Shown: piece by piece, positions 49,751-63,400 of the stretch
Layout: every line of letters starts with the position of its first letter
How positions within the stretch are numbered: the first letter of the stretch is position 1
Translations under genes and position numbers: made by a program
Source of the DNA: Anthoceros angustus
Lineage: Eukaryota > Plantae > Anthocerotophyta
Length of the DNA stretch: 64,000 nucleotides
Assembly (NCBI GenBank): GCA_010909165.1
Contig: VJWM01000025.1
Coordinates: 2,604,001-2,668,000 of the forward strand
Reading direction: 5' to 3'
The notes under the pieces: generated by a model
Seen by the model: the letters and a program-made list of their open reading frames with translations, nothing else
What the model was told of the DNA's origin: nothing
Database searches by the model: none

Positions 49751-50989
49751 CTTGCTCCTGCCCCATCCATTAACAAGCCTGCATGGGGGTTTGGTAGGGA
49801 CTCCACACCCTGGAACGGAGTCAGGGCGCCGTGTGGCGGGACTTTTGCTGATGGCCAGCCGGGCGCGCACAATCCCGTGTCGTTGTAGAAAGAAGTCCGT
49901 TCCCAAGGGAATGATAGGCGTTACGCGTTTGGTGATTCTTACCGTCCTTAGCGCTCGTTCGGTCAACACACATACTCCTAACTACTCACAAGCGTACCGT
50001 CTGAGCCGGTATGGCCAAGCGTTTGAGGACCCGTTCGGCGTCCGATCGTTCACATACATCCTTCACGCATCAGGTCCTTTCCTCTCTCCTCTCACGCTAC
50101 ACTCTTGATCTTAGAAAAGAAAAGGCAGTTCTGTGATCCGGACCTCCTCGTCGTTCCGGGCCTCTCCGTCCGGCTCTACACCCTCCGAGTTCCTCCGGCT
50201 CACGCGTTCGATCCGTTCGGTGTCGGACGCGGCTCGGGGCAGGATCGGTCACCCTTCCACCGCACACCACAGCGTTAAGTCGTCACGGGACCTTGATCAA
50301 TCTCCCGGGTAGCGTGCACCTTTCGGTGACTCGGGACTCACGTTAGCAAGAAGACTCACAAAGGTGCAGGCAGCGGCATCAACACCAAGAGAAAGATGCT
50401 TTACTAGAGCCTCGGCCCTCTTATCTGCGCCCAAGGTGGCGTCTTTATTACACCCCTATTACGGTGATAGCCATTTCGGTATACCCTAATCGGCCTATTT
50501 CCCCTATCTCCTTGCCATGTGTGGGAAGGTCACAGGGCCCCTCGGAATGGGTGGTCAATCCCCGTCAGCGGTTGTGGTGCACCCAATCGGATGATCCGTG
50601 AGGCGGGCCCCTCCTCTCCCGGAATCACATCGGGTTGGGCTCTGGCGGCGTCGACAACCGCTACCACGACGCCATCCTCCCTGGCCTCCACAGGTCCTTG
50701 GCGGTGGGGCCACCGGCTATCGGCTCCCCTAAGCGTAAGTCGAAGGGGCTCCTCCTTCTTGCGGCCGGTCCTCGAGGTCTGTCTCGACTCGAACAGTCGG
50801 CTTCTGGGTCCGTGGCTAGGTCCGACCTCTCTGGTCCGGACCTCGGTCGGTTATTCTGTCCGGACTTGGTCCGGACTTATTACAGTCCGGACTTGTCCGG
50901 ACAGTCGGACTTGAGTCGGACTTATCAGTCCGGACTTGGTCGGCCTCCCTAGTCCGGACAAAGTCAGGACTCCACCGGGTTTCCTCCCT

Positions 50990-53345
50990 CAGGACTCCTC
51001 CGTGGCTCTCCCTCGAAGTCCTCCATGTTCCCGATCGCCGAGTGACTCCGTTGGCCCCTCCTTCCATGGTGAGGTGCGGGGTGCTTACCTCGATCGCATC
51101 CGCCGCCTCCTTCTACCTCCTCGGTTGCTCCTCTCCGCGCTCCGTCATCTCAAGCAGGCCACTAGGGTCCTGTCTTGTCCCGTGGCCTTCATCTCCTTGA
51201 GCCTTCCGGTCCGTCTGTGCCGTCGAGGCTTCTCGCCGGGAGCTCGGCGTGGTAATAGGCAAAGTCAGATCGACTTGTTGAATTGCCTCTTCCACGTGTG
51301 CGGGCACCGATACTCCCTCGCCATAAGTGTTAGGGGTGGCGTCTTTGCTGCTTGGGCCACCTCTCCTGCCAGTTGTGGTGGGTGTATCACGAGGCTACAA
51401 GGCGGCCTCGGTCACCTCCTGCATGCCTGTTGCTCACTTGCTCCGGCTCCGTCGTTTCCTTCCATGACTTACCGCCATAGCGCGGCGTTCCCTTCCGCCT
51501 TTCTCGGTGGACGGCGGCTTCTTCGCTTCCGGTGCTCGCGCTCCTCCGTTCATTACGGCCTTTAGCTCATGACTCCCTCTCGGTGATCGATACCTCCGTC
51601 AGCTCGGGACTTCCTCCGGCTCCTTACAGCAGCAGCGTCCAACTCCTTGGATAGTCGCGATTTTCCTCCGTCTTGAGGAGGCCGGGCTCTGTTTCGTGCT
51701 CGAGTCGTGGATTCTCTCGTTGAGAATCACTGCTGCTCAAGCGCATCTTGGGTTGTAGCTCAGTCCTTGCATCCTCCATCTGCTGCCTCCTTCTACCTCC
51801 TGCGGTGTACTCGGAGATCCTCTATCTCCCAGTCTTGGCCCTTACTGCTCCATAGCCGCTTTGTCGGCCTTGAGTTAGCCTCGGCACTGCTGTTGTCTCT
51901 CTCCACGGTTCGATCACGTCTGTAGTGATCCGGTCGCTCTTCTTACTCCTTCGCCTTTACAGGCCTCGCCCACTTGGCCTCTGGCCGGGCCGCCTCCAGT
52001 CCGAGCTCTCTGCTTGTGCCGGGCCTCTTCCGCCTCTGCTGCGCTTCCCTCTTCGCTGCAAGGTCCTCCGCGCTTGGCCTCTGAGCTTGCTTGATTTGTG
52101 CCTGTGAAGAACCTTAACCAGTCTGCTGAACCGGGCCTCGCTCGCCACCGGCGTTTCCCTTCCTCGATCCGGACTCCTCCGTGGCTCTCCTCGAAGTCCT
52201 CCCATGTTCCCGATCGCCCGTGACTCCGTTGGCCCCTCCTTCCATGGTGAGGTGCGGGGTGCTTACCTCGATCGCATCCGCCGCTCCTCGTTCCTCGGTT
52301 GCTCCTCTCCGCTCCGTCATCTCAAGCAGGGGCCACTAGGGTCCTGTCTTTGTCCCGTGGCCTTCATCTCCTTGAGCCTTCCGGTCCGTCCAGTCTGCGG
52401 CCGTCGAGGCTTCTCGCCTTCGGGAGCTCGGCGTGGTAATAGGCAAAGTCAGATCGACTTGTTGAATTGCCTCTTCCACGTGTGCCCGAGCACCCGATAC
52501 TCCCTCGCCATAAGTGTTAGGGCGTCTTTGCCTTGTTGGGCCACCTCTCCTGCCCAGTTGGTTGGGCCGGTGTATCACGAGGCTACAAGGCGGCCTCGGT
52601 CACCTGCCTGTTGCTCACTTGCTCCGGCTCCGTCGTTTCCTTCCATTGCCGACTTACCGCCATAGCGCGGCGTTCCCTTCCGCCTTTCTCGGTGGACCGG
52701 CTTCTTTTACACTTCCGGTGCTCGCGCTCCCGTTCATTACGGCCTTTAGCTCATGACTCCCTCTCCAGTGATCGGATACCTCCGTCCGCTCGGACTTCCT
52801 CCGGCTCATACATGGCAGCAGCGTCCAACTCCTTGGATAGTCGCGATTTTCCTCCGTCTTGAGGAGGCGGGCACTCTGTTTTTCTCGAGTCGTGGATTCT
52901 CTCGTTGAGAATCACCTGCTCAAGCGCATCTTGGGTTGTAGCTCCAGTGTCCTTGTCCTCCATCTGCTGCCTCCTTCTACCTCCTGTGTACTCGGAGATC
53001 CTCTATCTCCCGAGTGGCCCACTCCATAGCCTTTGTCGGCCTTGAGTTAGCCTCGGCACTGTGACTCTCTCCACGGTTCGATCACGTCTGTAGTGATCCG
53101 GTCGCTCTTTCACGCGGCTTGGCTCCTTCGCCGCCTTTACAGGCCTCGCCCATTTGGCTGGCTCTGGCCGGGCCGCCTCCGAGTCCCGAGCTCTCTGCTT
53201 GTGCGGGCCTCTTCCGCCTCTGCTGCGCTTCCCTCTTACTGCAAGGTCCTCCGCGCTTGGCCTCCCGAGCTTGCCCGGTGACCGCCTGGTGAAGAACCTT
53301 AAGATCTGCTTGAACCGCCGGGCCTCGCTCCGGCGTTTCCCTTCC
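50990..53345. repeat. Tandem duplication of about 1.18 kb within the Gypsy 3' region (about 50990-52170 and 52171-53345)
   Basis: CTCCGTGGCTCTCC(C)TCGAAGTCCTCC at about 50998 and 52177 with colinear downstream sequence. Confidence 0.88.
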
Positions 53346-55924
53346 TCGATCCGAGCGAGGGACTCCGCCTTTTCCCCTCGGCCGCCTTCACTTGCTCTTG
53401 GGTTCCACCATCCTCCTCGGGTGGCCTCCACTTCACAGGTCTTCTCATGCCGAGACCCCAAAGCATTCCGTCCATGGCGGTAGCAGGACTTCGCCGTGTT
53501 TCTTCCACGGCCAGAGTGAGGCCCCACAAAGTCCGTAGTGGGGCATTTCGATCCGCCAAGGACCTCCATACCATGATCCGAGTAAGTCGGGTTCTCGGAC
53601 CTAATCGGGACCCTCGGTCACAGTGGTGAGTCCGAGTCTCACCCTCTTGGCCCTCTTGGCCTCTAACTCCTTTGTGCCCTCTTTCTCACAGGGCTCGGAG
53701 GAGGTGAGGGGTCAGGAGCAAGCTCTTTTGCCCCTTCACAGGGCAGGGGCCGGCTCGAGGTGGGGCTGCCGGTGACCTCCTGCTCCTTGGGCCACGTCCT
53801 TCGCCCTCCTTACGCCTCTTGACCTCTTGCCACTCAGGTAGGCGGGGTAAAGTCTGGCATACGTCTTTGCGTTGGTAAGCGGCACCGTCTTCGCCTCTTG
53901 CTCCCGTTGAGTTCGTCGGGGCTCGGCGGCCGTGGTTGTTGGCATTGTTACAGCCGGTCGGGCCGCGCGCCCTCCGGCATCGGCTCCCTCCTGTGGTGCT
54001 CGGAGGGCACCAAAAGGAGGAAGGGGAATCGCCTCCCAAACTTCCACAGGTGGTGAGGGGTTCGCTCAGGGCGTATGGAGTCAGGAATCCTCGATCGTCC
54101 TCCTCCGAGTCCGCTTGGTCTTGAAGGGCGACCCCCACCTCAGGCGCCCTTGCACGCTCTACGCGGGGCCTCCGGCCCCGGGCGCCCGCTCAAGCTCTCC
54201 CTCCTTGAGGAGCTCGAAATGTCCCCATACATGAATCGGTATGGGGTCGATCGATAAGCGAGGCTTCTCGCTCCTTAGCTTGCGTGCCTCTGGTGACCGG
54301 GCGAAGATAATCCTTCCCCGGTCGCTCTCTTCCCCGGCGCGCGAGAATACCAGGTTATCACCAAGGTGATCCACCTTGGTGGCGAGTTCAATGGACAATG
54401 ATCCGGGCTACCGCCCTTACTCGGTATCCGGCGGATCGGATATCAACCATCCGTTGGTTGTCCGCTGCGTTCGAGCCTCGGCGCGGCTGGGCCTATCTTC
54501 CCGCCGCCTTAAGGGGCTCGGCACCACGCCCCTTCTTCCTCCTTGAGCGGTTGTAGGCCATCCTCGGGACCTCAAGGTCCATCGCCTCGGGTCCTCCGGA
54601 GGTTCTTGGATCGGACCTCCTTGTTGATCGCCGCATCTTCGGGCAAACTCCGGACTAGGTAGCGTTGTCAAAGGTCCGACCATTTGGAACACGTCCGGAT
54701 GCCACCACCAATTGCTTCCTCCGGCCGAAGTCCGGATAGCGCGGGTCACAATGTTGCGCTCCACGAGGTCCATGGCTCCCGACTCCGTCGGCTTTTGGGT
54801 GCCATTGCTTTCTCCTCCTCTTGTTCTGTGGCTCTGGCGTCCGCGATGTTCCTCCTTCGCGTTATTGCTCCAACCTTGACGGTGCGCCACGCTCTGGCGG
54901 CGCCCAAAAGATAGCCAGAGAGCCGGATTGCGGGCGCAAGGGTATGAGGATTATGCGGAGGCTGCGCGGACCTCCCTCCCGCGCTTGTGGAAGTAACTGG
55001 CGGAAGGCGCCTCTTCGTTGTCCGTGCGCGAGTGCATGGCTTACTCGACCCTCGCTTCCTTACTGCGGCCTTACGCGCGCGCGCGGCCGCGGGCGTGAAT
55101 ACTGCCTCGGCCTCGGCAAATTACGGTCTGGCCTCTGCATGCCCGACCTCCACTCGGGGCCGTCCACGTGGCGCCGCCTCGTCATCCTCACGCCTCGCTC
55201 CTGGGTTACTTTCACTGGCGTACTTATCCTATTTTGACACAGGTGGGTTCGGACTTATCCGTTACTCCGGCGTAGTCCGGAGCTTGCCATAGTAATGCAG
55301 GGTCCGTTGTTCACTCCAGTCCGGAGTATACTCGAGCCTCGTCCGGCGCTACCCCAATTTATTCCTCCTTTTCCTTATTTATCCTTCAATCCTAAAAAGC
55401 GAAACCCTACTTATTTCTTAACTCCCGAAGTGCATAGCCCACATACTCCCTTCTCATCATTGGCGTCTCGCCAACACTAAGCATGATACTTCTTCACCCG
55501 CCACCCGTTTGCAGTGGGCAGCTCTCCATCTAGTCGTGGGTGGACGGACCCGTTGTCATATACTTGCACCACTTGATACGGACCCATCCATCTCGGTGAA
55601 GTTTGCACGGAAAATGCATGTCGACTATCATAAAGGAGGCGGTCCCTTCCTTTACATACTCCACGATTCCATGATCGGCGATCGTGCCAAATCTTTTGGT
55701 TTTGCACCAAGCGCATCTTGTGAGCTTCTTCCTCCTCTGTCTTTTGAACCCAAAAAGTCGCTCGGTGGCTTTCCTCTTATCGGTCTCCTTCCATCATTAC
55801 TCGAAAAGTGGGCACTTCAAACTCTCACGGCATTACGGAGAGTGTCGTAGGTCAAGTAAGGGTCCGTTGTGTGGTCACCTTCTGCTCGGGAGCGCCCGAG
55901 TCACGGATGGCGCTTGGTATCGAT

Positions 55925-58900
55925 CATGGGCGTAGTTCACTTGTGAGTTTATTCGAGATCCTGCGGATGAGCCCATTTGTCTTCTCTGTCGACCCATTGG
56001 CCTTAGGATTGTAGGGTGCCGTCTTGCGATGATTGATGCGAAATACTCCGTCATGGCGGCCACCACATCATTAAGGAAATGGGTTCCCCTATCACTTACC
56101 TGCGGCGGACATCCGTGGTTATGATGTTCTCGTCGAGAATTTGGCCACGGTATTTGCGAGTCCGTTCTTGTCGCCACGCCTCTACCCACAGTGCGATGAT
56201 CGTTGCCACGGGATGTATCTCCTTGTGTGTGTCTTGTCGTGGTGTATGGGTCCAACAAAGTCAATACCCCACTTTTGAAGGTGCGGTGCCAATATCGGTA
56301 CTAGCCTTTGTGTGTGTCTTGTGTCGTATGGTCCAACAAAGTCAATACCCCACTTTTGAAGGTGCGGTGCCAATATCGGTACTAGCGGCCCCGTCGTCGG
56401 GGTTGGCTTTCCGATCCGGTGACAAGCATCACACTTCTTCTAAGCGGTGGGTGTCCCCATACATTGTTGGCCACCGTATCCGCTTCAAAATCTTTTGGTG
56501 GTGACTGTCTTTGCGTAGTGTCCACCCCAATCCTTCGTGCATTCCCTTGACGTAGCTCCTGTCTCTGCGGTTGTGCAAGTACCTTCGTTCTACTCCGTCC
56601 GGCCCTAATTTGAACACACACCGTTGTACATTACGAAGGGTCGAGCATAGTGCACGAATGCCTCCCTCATCCGAGTCGATTTTGAGCTCCATTCCCAGGT
56701 ACCGCTCTATTTCTTCGTGGGTCGGACGGCGGGTCCTTCTCATACGCTAAAATGCCGTTCGTAGCTTGGGGTTCGTCTGGGCTCCTCCGGTTGTACTTTT
56801 CTGCGGCAACCAATGTCTCATCCAGGAGCGCATCTTCACGATCTCTCAACACCTTTCTGTTTTCAATCGTGGAAATCTGCATTTTGGTCTTGCCTCCCTT
56901 GTCTTGTTTCCACTTGACGTGAACTCCTGCGGCAACAATATCCACCTTGCTATCCGTCCGGACGGTCCGTCTTATTCACCGGATGCTTGAGCAAAGTGGT
57001 CTACATAGAACACAAACTCACCGGGTAGTAGTGTCGAATTTCTTGGCATATACCATACCCGGTGCTTGGCTCTGTAGTTGTGTATTTTCGTTCAGCGTGG
57101 GTGGTAGTCGTCCGGTAGTAGTATACGGGATAATCCGCTTATGTCGTCCCGGCTCGGCACTACTCCGATAGCAAAGCGGACATCTACATACACATGAAAT
57201 TTCTGCTCGATCCGGTCCTCTTAGAGGCCGTCGCTTACCAAGGTGTTACGTAAATCCGAAGGCCTCCTCTCGCTCCACGTGACGGTCCAAACCTCCTCCT
57301 TCCGATGATTACATCAACTTAGCGCCCTCTTGCAAAGTCCTTAATAAACGGCGGTATCCCAGTCATGGGCGTAGTTCATCGTGAGTTTATTCAGATCCCG
57401 CAGATGAGCCCATTTGTCTTCTCTGTCGACCCATTGGCCTTAGGATTGTAGGGTGCCGTCTTGCGATGATGCCGAAATACTCCGTCATGGCGGCCACCAC
57501 ATCATTAAGGAAATGGGTTCCCCTATCACTTACCAACCGCAGGACATCCGCGGGTTATGATGTTCTCGCAGAATTTGGCCACGATTTTGGAGTCCTTGTC
57601 GCCACCGCCTCTACCCACCGGTGAGTCCGCCACCGTGATGTATCTCCTTGTGTGTGTCTTGTCGAGGTCAGATAGGTCCAACAAAGTCAATACCCCACTT
57701 TTCGAAGGTGCGGTGCCAATATCGGTACTAGCGGCCACCGTGTCGTCGGGGTTGGCTTTCCGATCCACGACAAGCATCACACTTCTTCACAAACCGGTGG
57801 GTGTCCCCATACATTGTTGGCCACCAAGATCCCGCTTCAAAATCTTTTGGTGGTGACTGTGCGTAGTGTCCACCCCCAATCCTTCGTGCATTCCTCGACG
57901 ACCGCCTCCTGCTCGCCGGTTGCAAGTACTGCTCTACTCCGTCCGCCCTAATTTGAACACACACCGTTGTACATTCTCAAGGGTCGAGCATAGTGCACGA
58001 ATGCCTCCTCTCCCACGAGTCGATTTTGGAAGCTCCATTCCCAGGTACCGCTATTTCTTCAGTGACGACGCGGCCCCCTCCCTTCTCCGCTCGCTACGCC
58101 GCTCGTAGCTTGGGGTTCTGGGCTCCTCCGGTTGTACTTTTATCGGCAACCAATGTCTCATCCGGAACGCATCTTCCGATCTCTCAACACCGCCTGCTTT
58201 CAATCGTGACAGAAATTGCATTGGTGCTGCCTCCTTGTCTTGTTTCCACTTCAACGTGAACTCCTGCAGAACAATATCCACCTTGCTATCCGTCCGGACA
58301 GTCCGCCTTATTCACCGGATGCTTGAGCAAAGTGGTCTACATAGAACACAAACTCACCGGGTAGTAGTAGGTCGAATTTCTTGACAAGATATACCATACC
58401 CGGCTTGGCCTCAGTAGTTGTGTATTTTCGTTCAGCGTGGGTGGTAGTCGTCCGGTAGTATCGGGATAATCCCGCTTGGCCCTTCCGCTCAAGACTACTC
58501 CGATAGCAAAAGCTACATCTACATACACATGAAATTTCTGCTCGATCCGGTCCTCTTAGAACTGCGCTTACCAAGGTGTTACGTAAATCCGAAGGCCTCC
58601 TCTCGCCTCTGTGACTGTGTCCAAACCTCCTCCTTCCGCAGAGTTCATTAACCTCTTCGCAAAGTCCTTAATAAACCGCGTAGTATCCCACCATTCCGAA
58701 ACCTCTCGGCTCCTTTAGGTTCGTGGTGGAGGCGGATGACCGGACCTTGTCTGGTCCACCTCGATTCCCCGCCGACACGATGTCCAAGATTCCCTCCGTC
58801 ATTCCAAAGTAGCATTTCTCGGTGTAGGCTCAATTGAGTCTCCGGCGCTCAAGCACCTTCTTAGATGCCCAAGGTGTTTGTCCTGCTCCCCATGCACACA

Positions 58901-60435
58901 AAATCATCCGGAACGCATCTTCCGATCTCTCAACACCGCCTGCTTTCAATCGTGACAGAAATTGCTTTGGTGCCTCCCTTGTCTTGTTTCCACTTCAACG
59001 TGAACTCCTGCGGCAACAATATCCACCTTGCTATCCGTCCGGACAGTCCGCCTTATTCACCGGATGCTTCAACAAAAGTGGTCTACATAGAACACAAACT
59101 CACCGGGTAGTAGTGTCGGAATTTCTTGACAAGATATACCATACCCGGCTTGGCCTCAGTAGTTGTGTATTTTCGTTCAGCGTGGGTGAGCTGTCCCCGT
59201 AGTATACGGGATAATCCCCGCTTGTCGTCCTTCCGCTCAAGACTACTCCGATAGCAAAAGACACATCTACATACACATGAAATTTCTGCCCATCCGGTCC
59301 TCTTAGAACCGCTTACCAAGGTGTTCTCAGAATCAAAGGCCTCCTCTCGCTCCACGTGACGGTCCAAACCTCCTCCTTCCGCAGTAGTTCTGTCAACTTA
59401 GCCGCCCTCTTCGCAAAGTCCTTAATAAACCGGCGGTAGTATCCCACCATTCCCAGGAAACCTCTCAGCTCCTTTAGGTTCGTGGTGGAGGCGGATGACC
59501 GGACCTTGTCCGGTCCACCTCGATTCCCCGCGCCGACACCCGATGTCCCAGCAAGATTCCCTCCGTCATTCCAAAGTAGCATTTCTCCGGGTGTAGGCTC
59601 AATTGAGTCTCCGGCGCTCAAGCACCTTCTTAGATGCCCAAGGTGTTTGTCCCGCTCCCCATGCACACAAAATCATCCAGAACGCATCTTCCGATCTCTC
59701 AACACCGCCTGCTTTCAATCGTGACAGAAATTGCTTTGGTGCCTCCCTTGTCTTGTTTCCACTTCAACGTGAACTCCTGCGGCAACAATATCCACCTTGC
59801 TATCCGTCCGGACAGTCCGCCTTATTCACCGGATGCTTGAGCAAAGTGGTCTACATAGAACACAAACTCACCGGGTAGTAGTGTCGAATTTCTTGACAAG
59901 ATATACCATACCCGGCTTGGCCTCAGTAGTTGTGTATTTTCGTTCAGCGTGGGTGAGCTGTCCCCGTAGTATACGGGATAATCCCCGCTTGTCGCCCTTC
60001 CGCTCAAGACTACTCCGATAGCAAAAGACACATCTACATACACATGAAATTTCTGCCCATCCGGTCCTCTTAGAACCGCTTACCAAGGTGTTCTCAGAAT
60101 CAAAGGCCTCCTCTCGCTCGTGACTGTCCAAACCTCCTCCTTCCGCAGAGTTCCGCAACTTAGCCGCCTTCGCAAAGTCCTTAATAAACCGGCGGTAGTA
60201 TCCCACCATTCCTGTGAAACCTCTCGGCTCCTTTAGGTTCGTGGTGGAGGCGGATGACCGGACCTTGTCCCGTCCACCTCGATTCCCCGCCGACACCCGA
60301 TGTCCCAGCAAGATTCCCTCCGTTCCAAAGTAGCATTTCTCGGGTGTAGGCTCAATTGAGTCTCCGGCGCTCAAGCACCTTCTTAGATGCCCAAGGTGTT
60401 TGTCCCGCTCCCCATGCACACAAAATCATCCAGAA
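55925..60435. repeat. Four overlapping tandem copies of Gypsy RH/INT segments (about 55925-57360, 57361-58905, 58906-59680, 59681-60435)
   Basis: TCATGGGCGTAGTTCA at about 55925 and 57363; AACGCATCTTCCGATCTCTCAACACC at about 58166, 58912 and 59680; the RT-end/RH segment is repeated with indel differences. Confidence 0.88.
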
Positions 60436-63400
60436 TATCTCCATGAAGTCCCTCGAAGTCACGGAAGGCGTTGGTCACCATACGCATGAGCGACCACAGG
60501 CGCTCGGTCATCCCAAAGGCACTTCTCTTGTAGGCAAGCGTACCCCACTCCGTAGTGAAGGTCGTCTTGTCGGTCAAACTCCCTTAGGTGCAATTGGTTA
60601 TATCCGGAGTAGCCATCCGAGGAAGGAGTAAGTAGTCCGTCCGACCACCTTGTCCAAAATGTCTGAATGGCATCGGAAGTGGTCCTTCTCGTTGCGGCGT
60701 TGAGCTTCCTCAATCTTGGCATACCCGAATTTGTTGTTTCTTGGGAACCACCACAATCTAGCGACCCACTCGGCTGACGATGGGGAAAATGATGTCTGCC
60801 TCCGGTACTTATCAAGGACCTCCTTCACCTTGATCGAATACTTGGGGTTGAGCTTGTATTGATTCGGTGGCACGCTCACGGCTTCAAATCGATCTTATGC
60901 TCTCCACTTCTTGAATGCCCTTCATGTCCGTGACCTTGAAGGCGAACACCTCATAAAACTCCCCGGTCTTTAGTCCTTCCTTGGTCAGGAGGCATGCCTT
61001 TCTTAAACTTGATTTGCACAGCGGACCTCCACTTCTTCCACGTCGTCCGGGTTCACCGTCTCCGTTCCGTCTTTGCCTCGCTGCGTCAAACCCCTCGTCC
61101 TCCTCGGGGATCGTCCTCTCGCATCCCCATTCTCTGAAGAGCTCGTCGGAGGTGAATCGTGTTACTCCTTGATGTCCTTTTCCTTGGTCCGACTCTTGTT
61201 GTCTCCCCTTGTCTTTGGTCAGGCCTCCTCTTCACTTCCTTCCTCCGGCCCGTTGTGGCGTTTACTCGAAAACAATCAATCACTTCCGCACCAAAGGCAT
61301 CCCACCGGTAGTCCATCTCCTCCTCGGACCAGCGGATCTTGGCGAAAGGGTACGCCTCCTCGGAGCTATCTTGTTCGTCGCCGGTGGAATCCTCCGCTGA
61401 GGTATACCCTTCGGTAGTGCTCACAGTTTCCCCACAATAGGTGTCCTTGCTCCAGGTGATAGCAACTCTCCCTTCTCGCACCTTAGGGTCCCAGTCCACC
61501 GGCTTGAAGTGAATCTCCTTCCTTCCAAAGTGTAGCGTGCAGGCCCGGCCATGGACAACACCTCATACCCTAATGGTCCGGCGGTTTGATCACAACAAAA
61601 TCCGGTTTGTAGGGTGCGCTATGGTGGCCAAGACTCGGTTAACTCCCGCGGATCTCTTCTTGACATATACGCCATTCTCGAGTCTTCGTTGAGGTTGAAG
61701 GATGTGAAGCCCAATTTTCGTGCGTGGCTTGTGATGAGGTTGACTCGGACCCGTGTCCAGCGGTACATCCTTGATGATACATCCAATCTCCACTTGTACC
61801 ATCGGGCGCCTGGGTCCGTATGGGACACCACCCTCACTTCCTTGCTACCCTTCACGGCTTTGGTGCTCCATGGTGGGTTTCCCCTAACGGCCGGACCTCT
61901 TGCCGGTATTTGGGTTATCCCTCGGCGGTGTCGAAAGGACACAAGGTCTGCGATTCATCATCGGTCCGCCACATTAAAGGGGAGAGGCTTCTACCCCAAT
62001 CGAGGATCCTGCTGCGTCCTCATCCTCTCCCCGGTCACTTGTTACGGTATTCTCCGGATGCTTGCGCATTTCCTCCTGCAACATCTCGGTCACCTCCGGA
62101 CTCGTCCGTGGAAGCTAACGTCGCCGTCGCGGAGGCACCGTTCCTTCTCCACATCTGCGGAGAACTTCCTTGGGTAATCCCTCGGCGTGCTGCCGTCCAG
62201 CCCTCCTTCGCCATCGGATCCTCTGCTGGTATTCCGTTTGATTGCCTTCCTCGGCGTCGTGGCCTTCCTCGATCTTGTTCTTCTTCAATGGCGCCTTTCT
62301 CGTCGCTCCTTCCTTGACTGTAGACACCTCAAGATTTCCTCCCAACTCCTTCCTTTCGACACCCCCGTACCTTCTTGTTCTTTCCATCTCGCGTACCTCT
62401 GGGAATCTCTTCCCACTCCGCCAACTGAGCATCTTCGACTTGCCGTACGGTAACAGTCTTAGGAGGTGGCGTTGGTGGTCGGGGTTCTCCGCTTGGTGTG
62501 GCATATCGTACCGTCCTTGTGCGGGGGTTGGGACATAGCGTACTGCCTGTCATATGCCCAGCCTGCTTGCAGTCGCCACACAGCCGCTCGAAGTCCCCAT
62601 TACCCTGCCTCGTTGGGTACGGACACGCGTTGGAGTAATGGCCAGGATTCCCGCAGTTCCAAGACCACGGTGTCGGAGGATACGAAGGGCTCCCATGCGG
62701 TCTTTGCATCGGTGGGGCCCGTTGTATTGACGGACCTCGGTTGGCGGATACATGGTTTTGGGATATCGCGGCCCGGAGGGGCTTCACATGCACGATAGGC
62801 CTCTTCCCATTGCTCCTCGGCCTCCTCCTCGTATTCGTAGTCCACTTGATGCACCGGCCTTGAGGCGGTTGGATTCGAATGGCCGTGTTCGGCACCGGCA
62901 CACAGATCGTTCGCCGTGGTCGGTGTTTTCCGCGCTCTCGGTCCTTTTTGGTTTATCGCGGTCCTCTACTCTCTTTATCACTTTTCCGGTCCTCCGGACA
63001 CCTGCCTCCTTTGAGGGAGTCGGGTCCGTGGAGCTTCTCGGACGGTCTTGGTGTCACCACCTCCTTCTTACCACCTTCTTTTTGGCGGGCCTTTCTTGCT
63101 CTTCTTCTTGCGGGATACTCTTCCTCGCTAGAGACCTCCGTCTCTTCTTGGACTGCTCCTCCTCAAGACACCTCGATTGGTCTTCCTCCTCCTCAGACTC
63201 TTCCTCCTCAGTCGAACCCCGTTTCTTCTTCTTCTTCTTGCCTCCTTGAGCGGATTTCTTTATCCTCGATGTAGCGATTCCTCGTAGTTTTCGGCCGCTC
63301 GACCGCCTTGCCCGTCCTTCTCGGCGGCGGGGCGTGCACAGCCATGGGTTTGGCTAGACCGGCGAACCACCGTCACCGCTTGCATCGTGGTATGGGTTGG

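Noticed and set aside
49875-50990. Exact LTR/PPT boundaries of the right-hand Gypsy element
   Set aside because: The partner LTR is outside the window and no unambiguous PPT-TG junction was found, so it was left as an approximate boundary.
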